From: a virus
Taxonomy: Duplodnaviria; Caudoviricetes
Direction: 5' to 3' (one strand)
DNA: 64,000 nucleotides
IMG/VR virus record: IMGVR_UViG_3300029288_000005
Coordinates: 1-64,000 of that record
A program made the position numbers and the translations under genes. The first letter of the stretch is position 1. Each line of letters begins with the position of its first letter. The notes under the pieces are model-generated. The model was given only the letters and a program-made list of their open reading frames with translations. It did not search any database and was not told the DNA's origin. This document shows positions 19,191 through 29,235 of this stretch, one piece after another.

Positions 19191-20291
19191 ATGTCGTCCG
19201 ATACGGAAAAGATAAAAAGGAGTATGAAGAAAAAGTCCGAATCGAAGAAGGTGTCGTTGTTGTCAACGGGCAGCTCCGTAGTAAACCTGGCATGCTCAGG
19301 TGATGTTCGGGGGGGTTTCCCTTGTGGCAGCTTTGTGTTCTTGGTAGGAGACTCTATGAGTGGTAAAACTTGGTTGAGTCTCTCTTGCATGGCTGAAGCT
19401 GCCAAGGACAAGAGATTCGACAACTATAGGTTCATCTACGACAACGTTGAACGTGGTGCGAGAATGAGTCTCAAGCGGTTCTTTGGTGAGAGTATGGCTA
19501 GCAGGATAGAAGCCCCAGCCACTGATGAAAACGGGCAACCCTCCTACTCAACTTTTGTGGAGGAGTTTTACTTTAATGTAGACGACGCATTCGAGATGGG
19601 TGTGCCATTTATCTACGTCCTAGACAGTATGGATGGTCTGGATACACTGGCTGATGACGATAAGTTTACTGAGTGGAAAGAAGCATTCCGCAAGGGTAAG
19701 GAGTCGAAGGGCTCTTATGGAATGAACAAAGCCAAGTTTAATTCCACCATGATGCGAGGGGTAATCTCCAACCTTGAACAGACCAACAGTCTGCTGATTG
19801 TAATATCCCAAACTAGAGATAACGTGGATCCAAGAAATCCCTTCCAGACGAAAACCAGGGGAGGTGGCAAGGCCCTGCGATTTTACGCTACTTTAGAAAT
19901 CTGGTCATCAGTGCAGAGTCATCTGAAGAAGATGTACAAAGGGAAGCAGTACAATATAGGGGTTAATCTACAGCTAAACGTGAAAAAAAATAGGTTGGTG
20001 GGTAGGGAGAATACAGTATCTTTGCCCATCTACTACAGCTATGGCATAGACAACACTGGGTCTTGTTTAGACTATTTGGTTTCGATGGGTGCCTGGTCCC
20101 AGAATAAGTCTGGTATTATCACACCAAAGGGTTTGGGACCAGTGTTAGAAGGCAAACCTATAAAGAGAGATAAGTTGATTAAATTTATTGAAGAGAACGA
20201 TCTAGCAGAAGATCTAGATGACTTAATAGCCCAGGAATGGCGAGATACAGAGGAAGCAATTTCATTGGAAAGGAAACCTAGGTATGAGTAA
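19191..20291 (+). CDS. recA: RecA/UvsX-like recombinase
   Basis: LSTGS, GDSMSGKT, YVLDS, ISQ.R, GGKAL.FYA. Confidence 0.9.
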   Translation: MSSDTEKIKRSMKKKSESKKVSLLSTGSSVVNLACSGDVRGGFPCGSFVFLVGDSMSGKTWLSLSCMAEAAKDKRFDNYRFIYDNVERGARMSLKRFFGESMASRIEAPATDENGQPSYSTFVEEFYFNVDDAFEMGVPFIYVLDSMDGLDTLADDDKFTEWKEAFRKGKESKGSYGMNKAKFNSTMMRGVISNLEQTNSLLIVISQTRDNVDPRNPFQTKTRGGGKALRFYATLEIWSSVQSHLKKMYKGKQYNIGVNLQLNVKKNRLVGRENTVSLPIYYSYGIDNTGSCLDYLVSMGAWSQNKSGIITPKGLGPVLEGKPIKRDKLIKFIEENDLAEDLDDLIAQEWRDTEEAISLERKPRYE

Positions 20292-21141
20292 GTTGCTTTT
20301 TGATGACGATAAGACGGTAGTTATTCTGGATGTGAGCAATTTGGCTTACCGGTCTTTATATACTACGGGTGATCTGTCTTATGAGGATATGGCGACAGGT
20401 GTGCTGTATGGAATCTTTCGTGACATTTTATTCTTCCTGGAAAAGTTTTCTACTACTCATATGGTATTCTGTTTTGATTCGGGAACTTGGAGGAGAAAAA
20501 GAATCTACAAAGGTTACAAATCTGGTAGGTTACGAAAACTTGGTGAGATGACAGATGAAGAGGCACAAGTAAGAACTGATCTACGACAACAGATCAAAAA
20601 GTTATACGAAAAGTGGCTGCCTGAGATCGGATTCCATAACCTCTTCAAAGAAGATGGCTATGAGGCCGATGATATTATAGCTAGTGTCTGTGGATCATAT
20701 CCTGATTTATGGAAAGCTGTTATCAGCACAGACCAAGATCTGTTTCAGCTCCTGGATGAGAACACTGTTATTTACAATCCCGTGCAAAAGAAGTTGATAA
20801 ATCAACACACTTTTGAAAGTGCCTATGGGATATCTCCGTCGAGTTGGGCCATGGTAAAGGCGATTGCAGGTTGTTCGAGTGATGACATACCAGGAATCAA
20901 AGGAGTGGGGGAGGTCACAGCAATCAAGTATATAACAGGGCAGCTCACCCCCTCTACAAAAACCTACCAATCCATTAAAGAAGGTCACACCACCATAGAG
21001 AATTACGCACAATTAACACAACTACCATTTCCCGGTTGTCCCGAGTATAAAATAAGAGAAGATAGTGTGGATCGGAAGAAGTGGGATGGCGTTATGTATG
21101 AAATGGGCATGGAATCATTGTGTGGGAGATTTCCGAAGTGA
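20284..21141 (+). CDS. 5'-3' exonuclease / flap endonuclease (PolI N-domain/T4 RNase H-like)
   Basis: ILD.SNLAYR, YK..R, YEADDII, STDQDL.QL, SDDIPGIKGVGE.TA. Confidence 0.92.
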   Translation: MSKLLFDDDKTVVILDVSNLAYRSLYTTGDLSYEDMATGVLYGIFRDILFFLEKFSTTHMVFCFDSGTWRRKRIYKGYKSGRLRKLGEMTDEEAQVRTDLRQQIKKLYEKWLPEIGFHNLFKEDGYEADDIIASVCGSYPDLWKAVISTDQDLFQLLDENTVIYNPVQKKLINQHTFESAYGISPSSWAMVKAIAGCSSDDIPGIKGVGEVTAIKYITGQLTPSTKTYQSIKEGHTTIENYAQLTQLPFPGCPEYKIREDSVDRKKWDGVMYEMGMESLCGRFPK

Positions 21142-21629
21142 ATATACTAGCATTGGATCCAGCGACTCATATGGGATGGGCATTGTCGAACGGTATATCT
21201 GGTGTTTGGGACTTCAGTATTCGACGGGATGAGTCTGGTGGGATGCGATTGATTCGTTTGCAGTCCAAGCTAAGGGAGTTGAATAACGATAATGGTATTG
21301 ATCTAGTGGTGTTCGAGGCTGCTCGCCATGCTGGCCCTGGTATGCAAGGAGCTTTGGTGGTACAAAGCGAGTTACAAGCAGTTATAAAGCTGTGGTGTGA
21401 GTCTGAAGGAATAGACTATCGAGGGTACAGTCCCGGGGAGATAAAGAAGTTTGCTACAGGTAAGGGCAACGCCTCAAAGGATACAATGCGTGAGAAAGCT
21501 GAGGAGTGTTGGCCTAAGAAGAAGTTCACAGGTGGGGATGAAATCGACGCATGGTGGTTATTGTTGTTGTCGATGTGTGAGATGAGGGAGGATACTTCTA
21601 CACTACAGAAGATGTATGCTGGATGCTAG
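21138..21629 (+). CDS. RuvC-like Holliday junction resolvase
   Basis: ILALDP...GWA, VVFE, IKKFATGKGNA.K..M, DE.DA. Confidence 0.85.
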   Translation: MNILALDPATHMGWALSNGISGVWDFSIRRDESGGMRLIRLQSKLRELNNDNGIDLVVFEAARHAGPGMQGALVVQSELQAVIKLWCESEGIDYRGYSPGEIKKFATGKGNASKDTMREKAEECWPKKKFTGGDEIDAWWLLLLSMCEMREDTSTLQKMYAGC

Positions 21630-21633
21630 TATT

Positions 21634-22683
21634 ATGTTAGAAAAACTCAAGTTAAAAAACTTCCAATGTCACTCTAGTCTTTGTGTGGAGTTTGACAAGA
21701 AGATCACAGCCATCGTAGGACCGTCTGACTCGGGCAAGTCCTCAGTGATTCGGGCTATTCGTTGGTTGTCACAGAATAGACCCCTGGGATTGGGAATGAT
21801 CCAGTACGAATCTTCTGGGGCCTCTGTTTTTTTGTCAGTGGATGGTGTGGATATTAGGAGGGACAGAACTAAGACAAAAAACTCTTATCTAATACGAAAC
21901 AACAACAATGTCAATCGAATGGATTCGGTTGGTGCGGATGTTCCTGACTGTGTCCAAAACATTCTCAATCTGGGTGCTGAGAACATACAAGGTCAGCACG
22001 ATGGTCCGTTCTGGTTCAATCTATCTGCTGGGGATGTTGCCAAGAACTTGAATCGCATTACTAACCTGGAACTAATAGATTCAACTATACAAAAGCTAAA
22101 CGAAAAGGTTCGAAAAGCAAACTACGGTGTGACTATAGCGGAGAAGAGCCTGAGCAAGGCTCAAGAACAGTTTGAAAAGTTGTCATACGTTCCCGATCTT
22201 GAGAAAGACTTTTCGTCATTGGAAGAACTGGATACTAAAATCTTTGACATAAAAGATGAGATTGATTGGTTGGGCAAGAAGAACAAAGTGTCGAGAGAAT
22301 ATACAGAGACGATCAACAACAATACCCAGTTTCTCCGTGATTCCGAGACACTTGTGAATCTAGCAGATGAGTTAATGACAGTAGAAAAACCGTTGGGTAA
22401 GTTGGGAAAACTGATAAAAAATATAAAGGATTTGGAAGATAAAATCAAAGAGGTTCCAGACATTACACCACTGGAGTCTATAGTTGTGGATGTAAAAAAC
22501 ACAAGTTCTGAGATGGCAGATATAAAATATAGGTTGAGAGAGGTTTGGGATCGACAGAAGCTAGTCAAACAAGCAACAACGGAGTATCGATGTGCAAAAA
22601 ATAAACTCAAGGACGAACTGGGCAATAGATGCCCACTTTGTGGAGGGAAACTAAATGAGAGTGATCGCAGTATTGTGCTCTGA
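21634..22683 (+). CDS. SbcC/Rad50-like ATPase, N-terminal half with zinc hook
   Basis: LKNFQCH, GPSDSGKS Walker A, Q-loop, coiled coil, terminal CPLCG. Confidence 0.85.
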   Translation: MLEKLKLKNFQCHSSLCVEFDKKITAIVGPSDSGKSSVIRAIRWLSQNRPLGLGMIQYESSGASVFLSVDGVDIRRDRTKTKNSYLIRNNNNVNRMDSVGADVPDCVQNILNLGAENIQGQHDGPFWFNLSAGDVAKNLNRITNLELIDSTIQKLNEKVRKANYGVTIAEKSLSKAQEQFEKLSYVPDLEKDFSSLEELDTKIFDIKDEIDWLGKKNKVSREYTETINNNTQFLRDSETLVNLADELMTVEKPLGKLGKLIKNIKDLEDKIKEVPDITPLESIVVDVKNTSSEMADIKYRLREVWDRQKLVKQATTEYRCAKNKLKDELGNRCPLCGGKLNESDRSIVL

Positions 22684-23545
22684 TATACATCTTAGTCACA
22701 CACCCCCAGTAGCCAGATCCGCTGAACCTGATTGGTATGCTGCTCAAGGGAGAGTTCTTCAACAACTCAACGACATAGCCGTACGGCATGAAGCAGAGAT
22801 AATATGTGCTGGTGACGTGTTTGATCGGTATAACCCTCCGGTAGAACTAGTAAATTGGGCACTCAAAAACCTTCCCAATATGTACTCCATTCCCGGACAG
22901 CATGATTTGCCTTACCATGATATTCAGCAGATACACAAGTCAGCCTATCACACGCTTGAAGTACATGGTGTTATAACTCCCTTGCAAAGAACGACTGTGA
23001 AAACAGACAGTTTTACAGTTCGTGGAGCGGTGTACGATGAATTGCCGGAGTCTGTGGGTGACGAAGCAGAAATTAGCATCGCTGTTGCTCATAAGTACAT
23101 ATGGTCGGACGGAAAAACTTGTTATCCAGGAGCTCCAGTTGAAGCAAACATCAAAAACTTGGTAAGAGAACTTTCAGATTTTAATGTTGCAGTGTTTGGG
23201 GACAATCACACTGGATTTAGAATTCGCCATGGAGATATGGTGGTATATAATTGTGGTTGTTTGATACCCAGGAAAAGTGATGAGAGATTACTAACACCTT
23301 CCGTTGGTCTACTGTATAGTGATGGTAGTATTACCAGATACAATCTAGATACTTCGGAAGATAAGTGGTTGGAAGTGGAGCAAGTTGAAGCGATTGAAGT
23401 GACTGGCATGGAAGAATTTATTGATGGTCTGCAGAAACTAGATTCTGAGATTTTTGATTTTATGGCAGAGGTCAAGCGCTACATAAGTGACAACGACGTT
23501 GATGAAAAGGTTTCGTCTATCATACTGGAGTCAATGGAGAGATAA
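22655..23545 (+). CDS. SbcD/Mre11-like metallophosphoesterase nuclease
   Basis: SDIH, AGDVFD, PGQHD, AH, GDNH motifs. Confidence 0.88.
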   Translation: MRVIAVLCSDIHLSHTPPVARSAEPDWYAAQGRVLQQLNDIAVRHEAEIICAGDVFDRYNPPVELVNWALKNLPNMYSIPGQHDLPYHDIQQIHKSAYHTLEVHGVITPLQRTTVKTDSFTVRGAVYDELPESVGDEAEISIAVAHKYIWSDGKTCYPGAPVEANIKNLVRELSDFNVAVFGDNHTGFRIRHGDMVVYNCGCLIPRKSDERLLTPSVGLLYSDGSITRYNLDTSEDKWLEVEQVEAIEVTGMEEFIDGLQKLDSEIFDFMAEVKRYISDNDVDEKVSSIILESMER

Positions 23546-23547
23546 AT

Positions 23548-23787
23548 ATGGACATCAAAGAATTTGAACGTCTGAAAGACAAGGTTGAGCAAGCTAAACG
23601 AGAACTAGCCAAAGCTGAAGGTGCTCTAGATGAAGTGATGGGACAACTAAAAAGTGAGTATGGTTGTGAAACAGTTGAGGAGGCAGAAAAGATATATGAA
23701 GAACTGGAGAAAAAGAAAGACAAACTAGAAAAAGCTTACGAGAAAAAACTCAAGCAGTTCAATGACAAGTGGGATGTTCTACACTGA
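23548..23787 (+). CDS. coiled-coil protein (probable SbcC middle fragment)
   Basis: 79-aa heptad-rich helix lying between the SbcC halves. Confidence 0.6.
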   Translation: MDIKEFERLKDKVEQAKRELAKAEGALDEVMGQLKSEYGCETVEEAEKIYEELEKKKDKLEKAYEKKLKQFNDKWDVLH

Positions 23788-24389
23788 TGAATACACCATC
23801 TATACATATATCCAATAAAAGAGAAGCAGTTAATAGGCTTGTCATACAGTACAAACAGGCAGAGGAAAAACTGCATGACTGCGAAGAATCTCTGAAAGAA
23901 GCACAAACAGAGTACCAAAACCATCTGAAAGCAAGGGCAATAGTACAAGAGATCTCAGCAGCAGTGCAACAGAAAGTACATGACAAAATAGCTGGTATAG
24001 TGGAGAAGTGTCTCTCCACCGTGTTTGAGGATGCTTACGAGTTTTGCATACGGTGGGATTGCAAGCGTGGAAAAACAGAAGCTGTATTGATGTTTGTCCG
24101 CGATGGTGTTGAGTTGGATGATCCACTAAATCAAGTGGGGGGTGGTGTTATAGACGTAGCGGCTCTGGCATTGAGATTGGCCAGCATACTACTCAGCAAT
24201 CCCAAGCGAAGGAAACTACTAGTACTTGATGAACCACTGAAGAATGTAAGGGGAAAGGAAAACCGCAGACGGGTGCGAAACTTACTACAGTCTTTGGCAG
24301 ATGATATGGGAATGCAAATCATATTGAATGTGGACATAGATAGTTACCCAGAATTTTCGTTGGGAAAATTAGTGGAAATAAGTAAGTAA
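23787..24389 (+). CDS. SbcC/Rad50-like ATPase, C-terminal half
   Basis: Coiled coil, signature-like VGGG, ALALRLA, Walker B LVLDEP. Confidence 0.85.
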   Translation: MNTPSIHISNKREAVNRLVIQYKQAEEKLHDCEESLKEAQTEYQNHLKARAIVQEISAAVQQKVHDKIAGIVEKCLSTVFEDAYEFCIRWDCKRGKTEAVLMFVRDGVELDDPLNQVGGGVIDVAALALRLASILLSNPKRRKLLVLDEPLKNVRGKENRRRVRNLLQSLADDMGMQIILNVDIDSYPEFSLGKLVEISK

Positions 24390-24423
24390 CTCTATATAAT
24401 AAGATGTATAGGAGAACATAAAA

Positions 24424-24828
24424 ATGACTAAAGAAGTAATAGTAGCAGCAGGAAACAGAAGCAAACTTGTTGAATGTTCAAATAAAACTGATGAATCCTT
24501 GTTTGAACTGGTGGACTGGTGTTCTTGCTCTGCTTCTTTGAGAGAATTACCACCGGGCACACCCCTTAAGTTGGTTGCTTGTGTAGAACCCAAAGTTATC
24601 CGGCCAGGGGGTGCAGTATGGATAAAACACAGAAAATTTGAAAATTCCCACTTGTTATACGTTCCCCGTATTGGAACTGTGGCAGAAATCATGGGCGATC
24701 AAAGCTGGGCTATTTTTACATCTGGAGACAATATACAAAACAAACTGCTTGATGATATTACTGTTGAAACCTGTGAGCGTCGTCTTGCAGAAGAAAAACT
24801 TTACGGCTTCCACATGGAGGGAGAATAA
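24424..24828 (+). CDS. hypothetical protein, paralog family A copy 1
   Basis: PGT.LKL.A..EP+.IRP...VW...L.VP.IG.VAE...LAEEKLYGF motif shared with the next two genes. Confidence 0.75.
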   Translation: MTKEVIVAAGNRSKLVECSNKTDESLFELVDWCSCSASLRELPPGTPLKLVACVEPKVIRPGGAVWIKHRKFENSHLLYVPRIGTVAEIMGDQSWAIFTSGDNIQNKLLDDITVETCERRLAEEKLYGFHMEGE

Positions 24829-25199
24829 TGATCGAAAAAGTAGTCGGCGAGGGAGTTAGTAAGGTTATAGGTGATATACATCACGTACATTGGTCTAGGT
24901 ACGACGTTACCCAGCTTCCCGATGGTGCTATGGTAAAAGCAATCGCTTATATCGAGCCCAAAATTATTCGACCGGAGGGAGCGGTATGGGTGCCCTGTGG
25001 CCGACATAAAGATGTTCAATCGCTTTTTGTGCCCGGTATAGGTATCGTAGCAGAAGTGGAGGAAGGGGCTAGCTGGGCGATATTCAAACCTGACTATAAT
25101 CATACGTATCTTCGTTCACCAGAGGCTACCGCAGTGAACTGTGTGCGCTATTTGGCAGAGCAAAGGCTCTACGGCTTTAGATTGGAGGGCGAACAATGA
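24828..25199 (+). CDS. hypothetical protein, paralog family A copy 2
   Basis: Same motif set. Confidence 0.75.
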   Translation: MIEKVVGEGVSKVIGDIHHVHWSRYDVTQLPDGAMVKAIAYIEPKIIRPEGAVWVPCGRHKDVQSLFVPGIGIVAEVEEGASWAIFKPDYNHTYLRSPEATAVNCVRYLAEQRLYGFRLEGEQ

Positions 25200-25585
25200 T
25201 ATCCGAGAAAGTTCTTGCGGAAGGAACACGAACTACAAATTTATGCTACCCGCTTATTAAGTGGACCATGGGAGAGGATATTAACCAACGCGTCGACGCG
25301 ATCAAGCAAATTCACCCTGGAGCGACTATCAAACTCATCGCCTACATCGAGTCCGAGCCTCGAATTATTAGGCCGGACTTTTCTGTTTGGGTTCCACATA
25401 AGCAGTATGGGAATGTAAATGCACTCTTAGTTCCTGGCGTGGGTATCGTAGCAGAAAACCATTGTTGTGGCAAGTGGAAGATTTTTCCTCACGGCCGTGG
25501 TTTGAAAGGAACAGGCGGTGTATTAGCCTGTGAACTCTGCCTCGCCAAAGAAAAGCTCTATGGATTCAGATTGGGGGGACAGTGA
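25196..25585 (+). CDS. hypothetical protein, paralog family A copy 3
   Basis: Same motif set. Confidence 0.75.
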   Translation: MISEKVLAEGTRTTNLCYPLIKWTMGEDINQRVDAIKQIHPGATIKLIAYIESEPRIIRPDFSVWVPHKQYGNVNALLVPGVGIVAENHCCGKWKIFPHGRGLKGTGGVLACELCLAKEKLYGFRLGGQ

Positions 25586-25877
25586 TGAGTACATTAGATC
25601 ACAACGAAGCATCTGAAAATTATATTGAAGACTTGAACAATGAACGAGAGGATGATTGGCCGGTGGCTTTATGGAGGTGTATGAGGATTAAAGAGGGCAC
25701 GTGGCTGGGAAGCAAAACTGCGGAGGATTAAGTGATACAAGCGGTGGCGGCGTGGCGAGAGGAAAGAAGGCCAAGGCGAAAGTACAGCTGAGGGAAAAAT
25801 CTTGTGGACGCAAGCCGAAGAAGCGAAGTACAAGTGGATTCGGCCCGCCGCTTTTAATTTTAAGAAAGGAGAAACAA

Positions 25878-26776
25878 ATGCCCAGGATTTGTTATACAAA
25901 GAAAAAGTTCTCGTATGAGTCACGTTTAATAATTTCAAAAGCACTTGAGATTATCAGTGAATACGATTCTGCTGGTATGACCTGACACTGAGGCAATTGT
26001 ACTACCAGTTTGTAGCAAGAGGTTTGTTGGCTAACAAAGACACAGAGTACAACAAGTTAGGAAGGATTGTGTCAGATGCGAGACTTGCTGGATTGATAGA
26101 CTGGAACTCAATTACAGATCGAACTAGATACTTACGGAAAAACTCACATTGGTCAAGCCCCGCTGATGTGATTGAGTCGGCAGCTTATGGATATGCCATC
26201 GACAAGTGGAAAACCCAATCCAACAGAGTTGAAGTCTGGATAGAGAAAGACGCCCTCATTGGAGTGGTAGAGCAGGTTTGTGAACCATTGGACGTGCCAC
26301 ATTTTTCCTGTCGAGGGTATACCTCAGCCAGTGAGATGTGGGTGGCTTCGCAGCGTCTGCTTGGCTATATAAAAGCAAGACAAGTCCCAATAATACTGCA
26401 CTTAGGTGACCATGATCCAAGTGGCATGGACATGAGCAGGGACATAAAGAGCAGACTTGATCTGTTTACCAATGAAGACATAACTCTGAAACGAATTGCT
26501 CTAAACATGGATCAAGTGAGTCGTTATAATCCACCCCCCAACCCTGCTAAGATAACTGATAGTAGATCCCTTGGTTATAGAGCTGAGTTTGGAGATGAGA
26601 GTTGGGAATTAGATGCACTTGATCCTTCTGTGCTAACTAATCTTATTGAAACAGAGATACTGCGGTACAGAAGCATTAGTGAGTGGAATGAGGAAGTAAA
26701 ACGGGAGAAGCAAGAGCAATCAGAATTGGAGAAGGTATCTGTAAACTGGGATGAAGTCAGGGAGTTTCTAAAATGA
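25878..26776 (+). pseudogene. Toprim-domain (TopoVI-A/Spo11-like) protein, frameshifted at ~25976 (real or assembly error)
   Basis: ATG 25878 with AAGGAG; adding one T restores AGYDLTLRQLYYQ; downstream VEVWIEKDAL, GDHDPSG.DM, WELDAL. Confidence 0.75.
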
Positions 26777-26848
26777 GTTCTGCCCACCAACTTCAGAGGA
26801 AGTGATTGGTGGGTGGGAGAATAAAGCACAAGAAAACAGGAGTATATA

Positions 26849-27100
26849 ATGTCAAAAGCAAAGCATATAATGTCAAAGCCAAAGTCAAAGAAGTTTGATA
26901 TGGAGGAGATAAAGAGACAGATTGAGCTTATAAAGGAAGCAGCCAAAGTAAAAGACCATGATAAAGCACACTATTTGGAAGACATCTTATATACTCAGTT
27001 CATCAGTTTTGTAGCTGCTGAGTACCAAGGTGAGATTGCAGAAATGGCCAAGGAGATACTATCTACTGAATTTATAGATTTCTGTAGATACTATTCTTAA
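26849..27100 (+). CDS. hypothetical protein
   Basis: D...AH..ED.LY..FI..VA...F.RYY family-like pattern; AGGAG RBS. Confidence 0.6.
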   Translation: MSKAKHIMSKPKSKKFDMEEIKRQIELIKEAAKVKDHDKAHYLEDILYTQFISFVAAEYQGEIAEMAKEILSTEFIDFCRYYS

Positions 27101-27131
27101 CACAAACGCAGAAAAGAAAGTAAAACCCCAT

Positions 27132-27350
27132 ATGCTCATGCTGACAAGAAAAGAAGGACAGCGTATATTTATTGGTGATGATATAGTGATTACTATAGGA
27201 AGTATCTTCGACAATAAAAAAGTACGTATTGGTATTGAAGCACCAAAAGATATCAAGATCAGACGGGATGATGCAAAAGTCACCAGAGACAATAATGAGT
27301 TGAGAAAATGCCCAACAACAGCAACGAGTCAAGAAGAAGACAAGAACTAG
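27132..27350 (+). CDS. csrA: carbon storage regulator CsrA-like RNA-binding protein
   Basis: ML.LTRK.GQRI.IGDDI.I......VRIGIEAPKDI.I.R. Confidence 0.9.
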   Translation: MLMLTRKEGQRIFIGDDIVITIGSIFDNKKVRIGIEAPKDIKIRRDDAKVTRDNNELRKCPTTATSQEEDKN

Positions 27351-27550
27351 TAGACGAACCAATAGCAGTTCTGGAAGAGTATGGGTTGAGTGTGCGTAGT
27401 ATTACTGTACTGGAGAATCAGTGTAATATAGTGTATATGAGAGATCTGCTGAAGCTAAGCAAGGAAGAACTGCTGAGTAAGCCTGAGGTGAAAGAAACCA
27501 TCTGTAAGGAGATAGAAAACAGTATCAGAAGTTTTCTGCAGAGTGTATAA
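27308..27550 (+). CDS. RNA polymerase alpha-subunit CTD-like protein
   Basis: PI..L...GLSVRS...LEN..I.Y.RDLL..S.EELL....KEI. Confidence 0.72.
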   Translation: MPNNSNESRRRQELVDEPIAVLEEYGLSVRSITVLENQCNIVYMRDLLKLSKEELLSKPEVKETICKEIENSIRSFLQSV

Positions 27551-27658
27551 GCAAGTAAAAGTTTCTGATACTGTTTTGATATATACAAGTAAGACATTGC
27601 TTGAAGAAAATAACCATGGAAAACGAGTAGTAAAATACATAAAGGAGTGAACAGAGGA

Positions 27659-29011
27659 ATGGAAAAGATAGGTGTAATTGGAACAGGTTATGTAGGTTTG
27701 GTAACAGCCCTCTGTTTTGCAAAACACTATAACGTAATATGCAGCGATACAGACAAAGAGAAGATCGAGAAACTGCAAAGTGGTATGCCAACTATATACG
27801 AAGAAGGCATCAACGAACTACTGGAGGAAGTAAAAGATCGAGTAACTTTTACTGAAGATACCAAAGAAGTTGTACAACGGTGTAGAACTATATTTATTAC
27901 AACTGGTACACCTACTGTACAATCAGAAATAGAACCAGGGAAAGTAGATATTTCCAGTGTAATAATAGCAGCAAAACAGGTAAAGGAATATGCGAATGAA
28001 GAGAAGATTGTAGTGGTAAAAAGTACGGTGCCAGTAGGCACTTGCAAAAGAATACAAGAGATCCTTGATGAGCCAGAACTGACAGGAAACTTTAAGCATA
28101 TAGTACTATCAAACCCAGAGTTTTTGAGAGAGGGCAGAGCAATTCAAGACTTCCTTGAACCAGACAGGATTGTTATAGGATATGGAACTAATTGTGAGGA
28201 GTCAGCAATCTATTTGAGTTCACTGTATGACAAGGTAATGGAGGGAGAAGACAATTTCAAAGGGCATCTGTTGGTATCAAGGGAATCCTCTGAGTTGATA
28301 AAGTACGCATCAAATACTTTCCTGGCAATGAAAATCTCATATATAAATGAGATGGCAAACATCTGTGAAGAGACAGGGGCAAACATTGAGGAAGTTCGAG
28401 AGGGCATGATAACAGACCACAGAATTGGGGAATACTTCCTCGAACCAGGTCCGGGTTATGGTGGTTCCTGCTTCCCCAAAGATGTGCAAGGTCTTTTACA
28501 TACAGCCCACGCAAGTCAAGCTTCTACAAATCTTATCAGAGCCACACATATATTTAATGGGTTGCGTGTTCATAATTACTTAGCCAAAAGATTGGCAAGT
28601 TTGGAAGTTGATCTACACAGCAAGATCGCCATATTGGGAGCAGCATTCAAACCTGGGACGGATGATATTCGGGAAAGTGCTGCGTTGCCGCTAATCGACT
28701 ACCTGTACCAGAGAAATGCTATCATTACTATCCACGATCCGTACGCAGTAAGTAACATCAGCAAGTGGTTGATGAAGAATGGCTACTATGGGTGCAAGAC
28801 AACCAGCATTCTACATGAGGCACTAAACGCCGCTGAGGTAGTTATTATAGTCACTGATCACAATGAGTATAGAGAAATTGATTGGAACGATTATAAGTGT
28901 GGAATAGTGCTGGATGGCAGGAACTTGTTTTCCCTACAGGATATGTCTATAATAGAAGGCATGGTGTATGCCAGTGTAGGGAGGCCAACAGTTATAGGAG
29001 GAAAGAAATGA
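27659..29011 (+). CDS. ugd: UDP-glucose 6-dehydrogenase
   Basis: GTGYVG, KSTVPVGT, NPEFLREG, KYASN.FLA.KIS, GYGGSCFPKD, AFKPGTDD.RES. Confidence 0.95.
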   Translation: MEKIGVIGTGYVGLVTALCFAKHYNVICSDTDKEKIEKLQSGMPTIYEEGINELLEEVKDRVTFTEDTKEVVQRCRTIFITTGTPTVQSEIEPGKVDISSVIIAAKQVKEYANEEKIVVVKSTVPVGTCKRIQEILDEPELTGNFKHIVLSNPEFLREGRAIQDFLEPDRIVIGYGTNCEESAIYLSSLYDKVMEGEDNFKGHLLVSRESSELIKYASNTFLAMKISYINEMANICEETGANIEEVREGMITDHRIGEYFLEPGPGYGGSCFPKDVQGLLHTAHASQASTNLIRATHIFNGLRVHNYLAKRLASLEVDLHSKIAILGAAFKPGTDDIRESAALPLIDYLYQRNAIITIHDPYAVSNISKWLMKNGYYGCKTTSILHEALNAAEVVIIVTDHNEYREIDWNDYKCGIVLDGRNLFSLQDMSIIEGMVYASVGRPTVIGGKK

Positions 29012-29235
29012 CTGTGTCGTATACTTGCGATCTTTGTGGTAAAAAGTACAAGGAAGACAGAATAAAGCTTGTGGGTACAAGTTACATCTGTCTAAAGTGC
29101 TATGGGGGTAAGAAAAGACCACTGAGAGCAATAAAGAACCAGCCGAGAAATTCTCTTTGTCAATGTGGCAGTGGAATGAAGTACAAGAACTGCTGTTTGA
29201 GGAAGCAACATGGCTTGGCGAACATCCAAAACTAA
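29008..29235 (+). CDS. SEC-C motif zinc-binding protein
   Basis: CDLC..CLKC plus RNSLCQCGSGMKYKNCC. Confidence 0.75.
   Translation: MTVSYTCDLCGKKYKEDRIKLVGTSYICLKCYGGKKRPLRAIKNQPRNSLCQCGSGMKYKNCCLRKQHGLANIQN

Noticed and set aside
18665-19423. 252-aa Ser-rich minus-strand ORF
   Set aside because: Mirror of the acidic SSB tail (GAY/GAR codons), not a fourth poly-Ser protein.
25701-25877. 5' extension of the 94-aa ORF or possible ncRNA
   Set aside because: The real start is probably ATG 25878 with AAGGAG; I could not support an RNA structure here.
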